Shown here piece after piece: positions 27,516 to 35,698 of a stretch of 64,000 nucleotides of DNA. The stretch spans positions 36,993-100,992 of the forward strand of contig CAZKKG010000001.1 of the NCBI GenBank assembly GCA_964553275.1, written 5' to 3'. Position 1 is the stretch's first letter. Every line of letters starts with the position of its first letter. A model generated the notes under the pieces. The model saw nothing but the letters and a program-made list of their open reading frames with translations. It ran no database searches and was not told the DNA's origin. Source of the DNA: an uncultured Candidatus Saccharibacteria bacterium. GTDB taxonomy: Bacteria > Patescibacteriota > Minisyncoccia > Minisyncoccales > CAZBVF01. The position numbers and the translations under genes are program-made.

Positions 27516-29129
27516 ATGAATTCCAAAGAAATAAATAAAACAATTGTTAGAAGATTAATATCATCGAAAGCATGTTCTCAAAAAGATCTGGCTTGTATGA
27601 AAAGACGAGCAGCAAAAGAATATGAGGTTTCATTTCCTTCCAATGCTGAATTACTAAAAGCTTATCATAAATTACTCGGCTATAAAAGAATAAAACCTTC
27701 AAAAACAATTGAAAGTCTATTGCGTACCCGACCAGTGCGTTCTCTTTCGGGAATAATTAATGTTTCTGTTTTGACAAAATCATATCCTTGCACAGGTAAG
27801 TGCATCTACTGTCCAAGCCAGAAAGGAATTCCTAAAAGCTACCTTGATTCTGAACCGGCAGTGATGAGAGCCGTCTTAAATAAATATCACCCGTACAAAC
27901 AAGTTCGGATGCGCCTAAGGGCTTTAAAAAATAACGGACATCCTATTGATAAAGTAGAGCTTAGGATAATTGGAGGCACTTGGAGTTACTATCCAAAACA
28001 GTATCAAACTTGGTTCGTAAAAGAATGTTTCCGTGCCTGTAACGATTTCGGCAAGAAAACAGGAAAAAGACAGATTTTAACCCAACTGCAAGAGAAAAAC
28101 GAAAAAGCAAAATCAAGAATAGTAGGTCTCTCAATTGAAACAAGACCTGATTCTATTACAAAAATAGAAATTAAGAGAATGAGAAAGTTAGGCATAACAA
28201 TGGTAGAGATGGGAGTTCAGAGCATCTACGATAATATTTTAAAAACAATTAAAAGGGGTCATTATGTAAAGGAAACCATACAAGCAACAAAACTTTTAAA
28301 GGATGCAGGATTTAAAATCTGCTATCAGATGATGCCGAACCTGCCTGGTTCCGATTTGAAAAAGGATAAAAAAATGTTTAAGGAACTCTTTTCAAATCCT
28401 AATTTCCAGCCCGATTTCTTGAAAATCTACCCCACTGCGATTATAAAGAATACCGAACTTTATAAACTTTGGAAAGAAAAGAAATATAAGCCATACTCTG
28501 AAAAAGAACTTATAAAACTCATAAAAGACATTAAAAAAGAAATCCCCTATTATGTACGCATCCAAAGGATTACAAGAGACATTCCCTCTAAAAAAATTGT
28601 CGCAGGCCCCGCCAAGATTTCAAATTTAAGGCAATTTATTGCAGAAGAAGCAAAAAAAGAAAAATGGAGATGCAAGTGCATCAGATGCCGCGAAGCCAGA
28701 GAAAAAACTTTTAACTTAGAAAAATTAAAGATATTCCGACAAGATTACAAAGCTTCCGGAGGAAAAGAGATATTCTTGAGTTTCGAAGACAAAAAACGGG
28801 AAAATATCTATAGCCTTCTAAGGTTAAGAATTCCTTCCCCTCATTCTTCTGAAAATACTTTTCTTTGTTTAAGGAATTCAGCGATAATAAGGGAAGTCCA
28901 TACTTACGGTCAGCTCCGTCCAATCCATAAAAAACACTCTTCTAAAAAATCTCTCCAACATAAAGGTCTCGGTAAAAGGTTGATAAAGGAAGCAGAAAAA
29001 ATAGCCAAAAAAGAATTTGGCTTCAATAAAATTGCCGTAATTTCCGGAATAGGAGTAAGAAAATATTATTCTTCTAAACTGGGATATCGTTTAAAGGATT
29101 CCTATATGATAAAAGAATTTGGGAATTAA
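27516..29129 (+). CDS. Elp3-like radical SAM plus GNAT protein (tRNA wobble-uridine modifying acetyltransferase homolog)
   Basis: 537 aa. CTGKCIYCPSQKGIPKSYLDSEPAVMRAVLNKYHPYKQVRMRLRALKNNGHPIDKVELRIIGGTW is the Elp3 radical-SAM signature. C-terminal GNAT fold (QHKGLGKRLIKEAEKIAK). Confidence 0.8.
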   Translation: MNSKEINKTIVRRLISSKACSQKDLACMKRRAAKEYEVSFPSNAELLKAYHKLLGYKRIKPSKTIESLLRTRPVRSLSGIINVSVLTKSYPCTGKCIYCPSQKGIPKSYLDSEPAVMRAVLNKYHPYKQVRMRLRALKNNGHPIDKVELRIIGGTWSYYPKQYQTWFVKECFRACNDFGKKTGKRQILTQLQEKNEKAKSRIVGLSIETRPDSITKIEIKRMRKLGITMVEMGVQSIYDNILKTIKRGHYVKETIQATKLLKDAGFKICYQMMPNLPGSDLKKDKKMFKELFSNPNFQPDFLKIYPTAIIKNTELYKLWKEKKYKPYSEKELIKLIKDIKKEIPYYVRIQRITRDIPSKKIVAGPAKISNLRQFIAEEAKKEKWRCKCIRCREAREKTFNLEKLKIFRQDYKASGGKEIFLSFEDKKRENIYSLLRLRIPSPHSSENTFLCLRNSAIIREVHTYGQLRPIHKKHSSKKSLQHKGLGKRLIKEAEKIAKKEFGFNKIAVISGIGVRKYYSSKLGYRLKDSYMIKEFGN

Positions 29130-29185
29130 GAATCTGGCTTCGTCGGAACCTTGATTCGCTAAGGTATAGATATATATCTTGAATT

Positions 29186-29213
29186 AAAAAACTGCCTTTA
29201 AAAAGCAGTTTTC
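29186..29213. terminator. intrinsic terminator hairpin
   Basis: aaaaaactgcc-tttaaaaa-ggcagtttt(c) between convergent genes. Confidence 0.5.
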
Positions 29214-29222
29214 TTATCTCTG

Positions 29223-30110
29223 TTAATTAAATAAGAGCGTAAGAAAGTAGCCAATAATTGAGAAAAAAGCTATCGGAGGGAGCGCAGGCATCGGCTTTCT
29301 CAATTTTTGAGAGATAAATATCAAAAAACTGACCGAAAGCCCTATAAGAGAAAAAACAGCTACAATTAAAGCATTCGCAACTCCCGAAGAGAGAAGACTA
29401 ACGCAAAAAACCAAAGGGAAAACAATGTCCCCGCCCCCTAACATTAGAAATTCTCCGCCCGGCTTTGTTTCTTCTAAAGACTTTTTAAAATCAACTATCT
29501 CTTTTGGGATAATAAAGGCTAAAACTGCTCTGTGTCTCGCCATCTCTTTTGCCATCTTCTGCATGTGCTTTGTTTTGTAAACAGCAATAAAGTCATAAAC
29601 TGAAAAAAGCAGAAGCAGTAATATCATTGTTTTAGGATTAATATTCATTCCTAAAATAGCTCCGACTCCCGCCAATCCCAAAACCATACAAAGATTATGG
29701 TTAAAAACATTAGGCTTTTTCCAGCGCCATAGAATTAAAAGCCCCATTAAAGATAAGGCCGCGATATCAAACAACCATACGGAAATCAGGCTTGCTCCTG
29801 TCCACCAAATAGTAACGACAAACAGAGTTCTGTAAATTGCTCCCTTGCCTTTTTTAATAATCGGAGAAAATGAAACGAAGAGAATAAATAAAGTGGCAAT
29901 AGAGAATGCCAGAATAAAGTTCCAAAAAGAGATCTCAGGCAATACAATTTCTTGGAGCTCTAAAGTTTTTCCGAGCCTTACGGCGCTTACAAGACCAATA
30001 AAAAATGTCAGACAAAATAAAAAAACTTCCCAAATAAAAGTTTTTAAACGGCTCTTTAAATTTAAATGCTCTACTTTCTCTTGTTTTTCGTTTTCTCTGT
30101 TTCCTGGCAT
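29223..30110 (-). CDS. presenilin/signal-peptide-peptidase-like (A22) intramembrane aspartyl protease homolog
   Basis: 295 aa, polytopic. Ordered motifs YD (SVYDFIAVY), GxGD (LMLGGGDIVFP) and PAL (KPMPALPP) with spacing typical of presenilin/SPP homologs. Confidence 0.6.
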   Translation of the reverse strand: MPGNRENEKQEKVEHLNLKSRLKTFIWEVFLFCLTFFIGLVSAVRLGKTLELQEIVLPEISFWNFILAFSIATLFILFVSFSPIIKKGKGAIYRTLFVVTIWWTGASLISVWLFDIAALSLMGLLILWRWKKPNVFNHNLCMVLGLAGVGAILGMNINPKTMILLLLLFSVYDFIAVYKTKHMQKMAKEMARHRAVLAFIIPKEIVDFKKSLEETKPGGEFLMLGGGDIVFPLVFCVSLLSSGVANALIVAVFSLIGLSVSFLIFISQKLRKPMPALPPIAFFSIIGYFLTLLFN

Positions 30111-30198
30111 TTTTTATAGACAAAACGGCTCGGGGTACGATAGGCCACTTTACCTTTTTTAGCAGGCTTTGAAGAATATTTCTTCATTTAGGCTTTTT

Positions 30199-31143
30199 TT
30201 AAGTCCTTTTTACCCTGGTCAATCCAGAGCAGGGAATAATTTCTATTCCTTGTTTCTCCAACTCATCCAAAAACAAGTTTACTCCTAAAGAATCGGAAGA
30301 CATGTGCCCTGCTATAACGACGTTCAAATTCTCAGTCTCAGCTTCTTTTTTATGCTCTTCCGAAATGTGCATTCCTATCACAGTGCCTATTCCTGCCTGA
30401 GCTAATTTAGGATAAAGTTTTGCAGAACCTTCCGTCCCGCCCGTAATTTCACTTAGAGCAATTTTGCCACAGCGATTTTCTTCAGCACCAACAAAGATTT
30501 TCGGACCAACTCCAATTTTCATGGCCTCTTTATACTCCGGAATGCTTTTCAGCAAATCAATTATTTCCCCCACTGTTTCTGGATTCTTTTGTTCTATTTC
30601 CTTTCTCAAAAAATTTGCCGCAAGATTATCGCAAGGAGTATGAAAATTAACAAGGTTTACTTTTAATATCCTGGCAGCATCAACTGTTCTTTGGTGATTA
30701 AGCTTATTAGTGCCTCTGGCCACTTCACTAATTCTTGGTTTCATAAGACCTTCGGCAATATTGATAGGAACTCCGTAGTAATTTAAAACATCGCATTGCA
30801 AATCCATGACATCGGAAAGATGCGCCAATCCTTTTCCCAAAGGATGATGAGCAATAATCAAATCTATACCGCCGATTTCTTTCGCCATCAGAATTTCAGC
30901 AGGCCCAATATCAATACCGACCATTACTTTCTTTATTTCTTTATCTTCAGAAATATTGTAGATCCTTGAATCTAAATAAGGATTGGTTAAAGCTTCTGTG
31001 TCAAACTCTTCCTTCTTTTCGCCTGTCAACTTATTATATTTTTCTTTCTTCTTCCCTAAAAATTTATCAATCTGATCTTTGCTTCGAAAATCAGCTTCGA
31101 TTCCCATTTTTATCGCTAAATTGTAAATATCTTTAACGGTCAT
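30199..31143 (-). CDS. Nif3-family dinuclear-metal-centre protein
   Basis: 314 aa. DLIIAHHPL, NFHTPCDNL, VIAGHMSSDSLG match the Nif3 (YqfO/YbgI) motif order. Confidence 0.6.
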   Translation of the reverse strand: MTVKDIYNLAIKMGIEADFRSKDQIDKFLGKKKEKYNKLTGEKKEEFDTEALTNPYLDSRIYNISEDKEIKKVMVGIDIGPAEILMAKEIGGIDLIIAHHPLGKGLAHLSDVMDLQCDVLNYYGVPINIAEGLMKPRISEVARGTNKLNHQRTVDAARILKVNLVNFHTPCDNLAANFLRKEIEQKNPETVGEIIDLLKSIPEYKEAMKIGVGPKIFVGAEENRCGKIALSEITGGTEGSAKLYPKLAQAGIGTVIGMHISEEHKKEAETENLNVVIAGHMSSDSLGVNLFLDELEKQGIEIIPCSGLTRVKRT

Positions 31144-31150
31144 ATGTTTT

Positions 31151-31336
31151 TTATTTTTTTACCTCCTTCTTTATCTTTACCTCTCCGACTTTTTCCTTCT
31201 GATTATTTAAAATACTGCTGTAAATATTATCAATTAGTTCGTTTTGCTCCTTCAACCCTAAAACCCCCCTTCTAATGCGGGCTTTTTCTTTACGAATATA
31301 TTTCTTTATTGAATTGGGAAATTTCTTTTCACTCAT
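31151..31336 (-). CDS. small basic hypothetical protein
   Basis: 61 aa, Lys/Arg-rich. Sits between the Nif3 gene and rtcB in the same orientation. Confidence 0.3.
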   Translation of the reverse strand: MSEKKFPNSIKKYIRKEKARIRRGVLGLKEQNELIDNIYSSILNNQKEKVGEVKIKKEVKK

Positions 31337-31402
31337 AGGATTGTTTTTCTCAAATAAGGGTCAAAATAAAAAATGCCGAAACGCAAGCTAATCTTACCTT
31401 TA

Positions 31403-32839
31403 TTATTCTCCTTTGGCAACAGCTAAGGGTACTAATCGCGCTACTTTTTCAGCTAAACCTGCATTGCAGACAATTTTAATAACGTCGTCAATGTTTTTGT
31501 AAGCCATTGGCGCTTCCTCTGCAATCCCCCTCATAGAATGAGATTTAATAATTATTCCTTTACGTTTTAATTCTTCTATAACCTCATTGCCTGAAATTTG
31601 TCTAATTGCTTGTTTTCTTGACATGATTCTGCCTGCTCCGTGGTTTACAGTATGCCATGCTTCTCCTGATTTTGTACACCCTGCCAAAACAAAAGAAGAT
31701 GTTCCCATGCTTCCGGGTATTAAGACGGGTTGTCCGACCAAACGATATTTTTCAGGAATGTCCGCGTGTCCAGGAGGAAAAGCACGAGTTGCCCCTTTCC
31801 TGTGAATTATCAATTTCTTTTTAACTCCATCGACCTCATGCTCTTCGATTTTGGCAATATTATGAGCAACATCATAGAGAAGTTCAAGTTTTGCTTCGTT
31901 CCCAAAAATCTTTTTCCAAATTTCTCTGATATAGAAAGCAATCATTTGTCTGTTTGCCCAGGCAAAATTACAGGCAGCACACATAGCTTTAAAGAATCTC
32001 TGCCCTTCCGGGGAGTTAAAAGGCATACAGGCCATTTCCCTGTCAGGAATATCTATTTTATACTTTTTCAAAGCCTCCCCTGCTGTTTTTAAATAATCCG
32101 TACAGTTTTGATGCCCAAGGCCTCTGGAACCGGTATGTATCATAATTACCACCTGATTCTCAAAAAGTCCGAAAGCTTTTGCTTTTTGATCGTCAAATAT
32201 CTCTTCAACTTTCTGAATTTCTAAAAAATGATTCCCTGAACCTAGGGTTCCCACTTGATTCCTTCCTCGGGATTTTGCTCTTTCTGAAACGCAGGAAGCA
32301 TCGGCCCCTTCCATTTTCCCCCCTTCTTCACAATTCTCAATATCATCCTTTGTCCCATAACCTTTTTTAATCAAACCAACTACCCCTTCTTCCAAAACTT
32401 CATCCACTTCTTTAAAAGAAAGCTTAGTTTCCCTTGCTTCACCCAACCCCGAAGGAATTTCTTCTTGGATTCTAGTAATCAATTTATCCAAATGTGGACG
32501 AATTTCTTTTTCAATATATTCTGATTTTAATAATCTGACTCCGCAATTTTGATCAAAACCGACGAAGCCGGGCGAGATAACGCCTTGGGTAAAATCTACC
32601 GCCCCCACTCCTCCTATGGGAGGACCGTAACCTGAATGAATGTCGGGCATCCCAATGGCATATTTTACAATTCCGGGCAGGGTAGTAATATTTATCAGCT
32701 GTTTCAAGGCATTTTCTTCTATCAATGGGAGCATCTTTTCAGAACTGTAAATTCGTGCAGGCACTTTCATACCCCTGCTTAGGTCTTTCGGGACTTCCCA
32801 TAACCAGTCACTAATTTTTACTAAACTATTTTTATCCAT
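31403..32839 (-). CDS. rtcB: RNA-splicing ligase RtcB
   Basis: 478 aa. GMPDIHSGYG ... GAGR ... hallmark His/Cys metal ligands of RtcB. Confidence 0.9.
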   Translation of the reverse strand: MDKNSLVKISDWLWEVPKDLSRGMKVPARIYSSEKMLPLIEENALKQLINITTLPGIVKYAIGMPDIHSGYGPPIGGVGAVDFTQGVISPGFVGFDQNCGVRLLKSEYIEKEIRPHLDKLITRIQEEIPSGLGEARETKLSFKEVDEVLEEGVVGLIKKGYGTKDDIENCEEGGKMEGADASCVSERAKSRGRNQVGTLGSGNHFLEIQKVEEIFDDQKAKAFGLFENQVVIMIHTGSRGLGHQNCTDYLKTAGEALKKYKIDIPDREMACMPFNSPEGQRFFKAMCAACNFAWANRQMIAFYIREIWKKIFGNEAKLELLYDVAHNIAKIEEHEVDGVKKKLIIHRKGATRAFPPGHADIPEKYRLVGQPVLIPGSMGTSSFVLAGCTKSGEAWHTVNHGAGRIMSRKQAIRQISGNEVIEELKRKGIIIKSHSMRGIAEEAPMAYKNIDDVIKIVCNAGLAEKVARLVPLAVAKGE

Positions 32840-32871
32840 ATTCTCTTTTATTTTATCAGGACTGCTCTATT

Positions 32872-33183
32872 TTAATTCGGTATTGGTTCTTTCACTAGCT
32901 CAAGAATTTTTTCAAAGTTATCCTCGGGAGAAGATTTTACCCTATGTTCATGGCCGCACTTTTCACATCGATAATAGATAATATAACCCTCGCCCTTAAC
33001 TTCTGCTGCTATCGGCTTCATCAATCCACCGCATCCTGATTTTCTGTCTCCGGGATTAACGTCTACATGTTTTGACCATAAACACTCAGAACAGTGATCG
33101 GTATATCCTGTACCTCTGGTAAATTTACCGCAGTGCTCACAAACAAAACCTTCTTTTTTCCTTTGAAATCTTTTCTCCTGCAT
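32872..33183 (-). CDS. RNHCP-domain zinc-ribbon protein
   Basis: 103 aa. CEHCGK...YTDHCSECLW...CEKCGHEH. The TDHCSEC segment matches the RNHCP signature. Confidence 0.6.
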   Translation of the reverse strand: MQEKRFQRKKEGFVCEHCGKFTRGTGYTDHCSECLWSKHVDVNPGDRKSGCGGLMKPIAAEVKGEGYIIYYRCEKCGHEHRVKSSPEDNFEKILELVKEPIPN

Positions 33184-33264
33184 ACTATATTTACCCTTAA
33201 GGCTTACTGATCTCGGGGGTCAACAGTTTCTGTGTTGAGATTTAACCTCAACCGATTTTCCGTT

Positions 33265-33690
33265 TTACCTCAGTCCCAGCTCTTCACTTACTTTTTCGTC
33301 GAGATTGGTTGTAATAAGGTTTTTAATATCTTCTTTCTTAACCCATCTAATTTCAGCCACTTCATGGGGTTCTATTGGTTCAGCAATGGGTTTCTCTATT
33401 TTCAGCTCGCAAAGATGGTAAACAATAAATACTAAAATCTGAGGATGAACTCGCAAAGATATTTCTTTCACTGATTTAATGTCATAACCCGTTTCATCTA
33501 AAACCTCCCTTTCAACACATTTGCTTCTGCTTTCGTCAAACCGCTGTTTACCGCCTGGAAAAGCCCATTCCAAGACTGAACTGTCTTTGCCAATTTCTTT
33601 TTTCACCCGGCGAATCATCAAAACCTCGCCTTTATCGTTAACAATTATCCCTAGATTAATAAAATCTTTTGATTCTTTTTTGTCATCCAT
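33265..33690 (-). CDS. NUDIX hydrolase
   Basis: 141 aa. Nudix box GGKQRFDESRSKCVEREVLDETG. Confidence 0.8.
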   Translation of the reverse strand: MDDKKESKDFINLGIIVNDKGEVLMIRRVKKEIGKDSSVLEWAFPGGKQRFDESRSKCVEREVLDETGYDIKSVKEISLRVHPQILVFIVYHLCELKIEKPIAEPIEPHEVAEIRWVKKEDIKNLITTNLDEKVSEELGLR

Positions 33691-33802
33691 GATTTTGATT
33701 TATTTCATTATTTTACAAATCGTTTAATATCTTTTTATACCTTTCATTGTAACAACCTCAAGATTGTCTATAATTTAAAACTGGCAGTTTCCCTATCTTT
33801 TA

Positions 33803-35104
33803 TTATTGAAAAAACATTTTTTCAAATTTCTCCTTCGCTATTTTGCGGTCATCCCATGGAATCTTTCTGCCATTGGAAATACACATCCAAGATTCCGAAC
33901 CCTTCCCGCTAATGATAGCTGTGTCTGAAGGATGGGCTAATCTTAATGATTTTTCTATCGCTTTTTCTCTATCTAGAATCTCAAAAACTTCTAATCCTTC
34001 CCTTTCAATAACGCCCCTCCTTATTTGCTCTATTATTTCTTTTGGGTCCTCGTCGTAAGGGTCTTCGTTTGTCAAAATGATTTTGTCGCAGCATTCTGAA
34101 GCAATTTTACCAAGCTCGGGCCTCTTCCATTTATCACGGCCCCCCCCGCAAGAACCCAAAACACATATCATTTTTGATTTCTTGATTTTAAATTCTAAAG
34201 CAGTTTGATATAGATTTTGGAGGGCGTCAGGAGTGTGAGCATAATCAACAATAACATTAAAAGGTTTTTTAATAACAATTTCCAATCTGCCCGGGATCTC
34301 TTCGATTCTCTCTAAAGCTTTTTTGCAAACTCTCAAATCAATACTTTGGGAAATTCCTACACAGATAGAAGCCAAAGCATTGTAAATATTAAATTTGCCC
34401 AATAATTTCAAATTAAATTCTGTATTGCCTACAAAAAACTTTGTTTGCTTAGATGACAATTGACAACTTTCAGCTTTCGTTAGTCTTAGATTTTGGCCTC
34501 TATCTTTACCTTTTAACTTCTTAGTTTGAAACTTTATTGCATATCCATACTTTTCTTTTGCTAAAAATCCTAAAAAGTATTCTGCATTTTTATCATCCAA
34601 ATTTATAACATGAATTCTTTTTGCGCTTTTGAAAAGCCTGCCTTTTGCTTTTTTATAGTTCTCAAATCCTTTATGTGATTCTATATGCTCGGGGGTTAAA
34701 TTAGTGAAGACAGCTGTACCAAAATTAATAAATTTATGGCGGCATTGCTTTATCCCCTCTGAAGTCACTTCTATCACCGCATAATCGCATTTTTCAATCA
34801 AAGCCTGTTTTAAAAATTTCTGGAGAGCAAATCTTCCAGGCATTGTCATCTTCAAATCATTCTGCCATTCTTTGCTACCAATCTTAAACCTAATTGAAGA
34901 TATCGAGGCAACCTTATGCCCGGACTCTTTTAAGATTTCAGATATCATTTCGACCACAGTTGATTTTCCATTAGTACCGGTAACGCCAATCACGTTAATC
35001 TTCTTTGAGGGAAATCCATAAAAAATAGCTCCTAAAAGAGCAAGGGAAAAATGGTACAAACTTATAATAAAACCAGGTACAAGTTTTTTAATTATTTTCT
35101 TCAT
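33803..35104 (-). CDS. Mur ligase family protein (MurE-like)
   Basis: 433 aa. N-terminal TM, P-loop GVTGTNGKSTV, DYAHTPDAL. Lacks a separate N-terminal Mur domain 1. Confidence 0.7.
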   Translation of the reverse strand: MKKIIKKLVPGFIISLYHFSLALLGAIFYGFPSKKINVIGVTGTNGKSTVVEMISEILKESGHKVASISSIRFKIGSKEWQNDLKMTMPGRFALQKFLKQALIEKCDYAVIEVTSEGIKQCRHKFINFGTAVFTNLTPEHIESHKGFENYKKAKGRLFKSAKRIHVINLDDKNAEYFLGFLAKEKYGYAIKFQTKKLKGKDRGQNLRLTKAESCQLSSKQTKFFVGNTEFNLKLLGKFNIYNALASICVGISQSIDLRVCKKALERIEEIPGRLEIVIKKPFNVIVDYAHTPDALQNLYQTALEFKIKKSKMICVLGSCGGGRDKWKRPELGKIASECCDKIILTNEDPYDEDPKEIIEQIRRGVIEREGLEVFEILDREKAIEKSLRLAHPSDTAIISGKGSESWMCISNGRKIPWDDRKIAKEKFEKMFFQ

Positions 35105-35655
35105 TTACCAAGCATTTTTAAAGCCGCTTTGACTCTTTGTTTGCTGTCTTCGATTTCTTTAGGTAGTTTACCGAGAACTTCTCTTGCCTCTCTTCTGGAA
35201 AAGCCCAGAGAAACCAGGGTTTCAAGAACTTCGTCCTGTTCTTCTTTTTCTTTTTTTGAGATCTCTTCAATTTTGCCAGTCAATTCTAAAATTATCTTCT
35301 GCATCTTTTTCTTGCCAATCCCCTTAATCTTACGATGGAAATCCTCTTTTTCCATCTCTACTCTTAAGCTCTCCAGAGAGCCGAAAGAAGAAAGATCTAA
35401 AGCAGTCTTAGGTCCAACGCCGGAAATACTTTTTAATGTTTCAAAAAGTTCAAGTTCTTCCAGTGTTAAAAATCCGTAAAGTTCAACTCTTTCTTCTTTA
35501 AAATAAAGGAAGGTGAATATTTCACAATCCTGCCCCAGTTTAATCTCTCCCATTACTTTATCGGAACAGAAAACCTTAAAACCAATGCCTTGATTTTCAA
35601 GAATCAAAGACTTATCATTCTTATATATAACTCTGCCTTTTAAATAGTTAATCAT
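35101..35655 (-). CDS. ruvA: Holliday junction DNA helicase RuvA
   Basis: MINYLKGRVIYKNDKSLILENQGIGFKV... matches the RuvA N-terminus. The ORF-track start at 35742 adds 29 aa not found in RuvA homologs. Confidence 0.85.
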   Translation of the reverse strand: MINYLKGRVIYKNDKSLILENQGIGFKVFCSDKVMGEIKLGQDCEIFTFLYFKEERVELYGFLTLEELELFETLKSISGVGPKTALDLSSFGSLESLRVEMEKEDFHRKIKGIGKKKMQKIILELTGKIEEISKKEKEEQDEVLETLVSLGFSRREAREVLGKLPKEIEDSKQRVKAALKMLGK

Positions 35656-35698
35656 TGCCTTATTATACCATTTTTTCTTTAGAATATAAGATGCGTTT

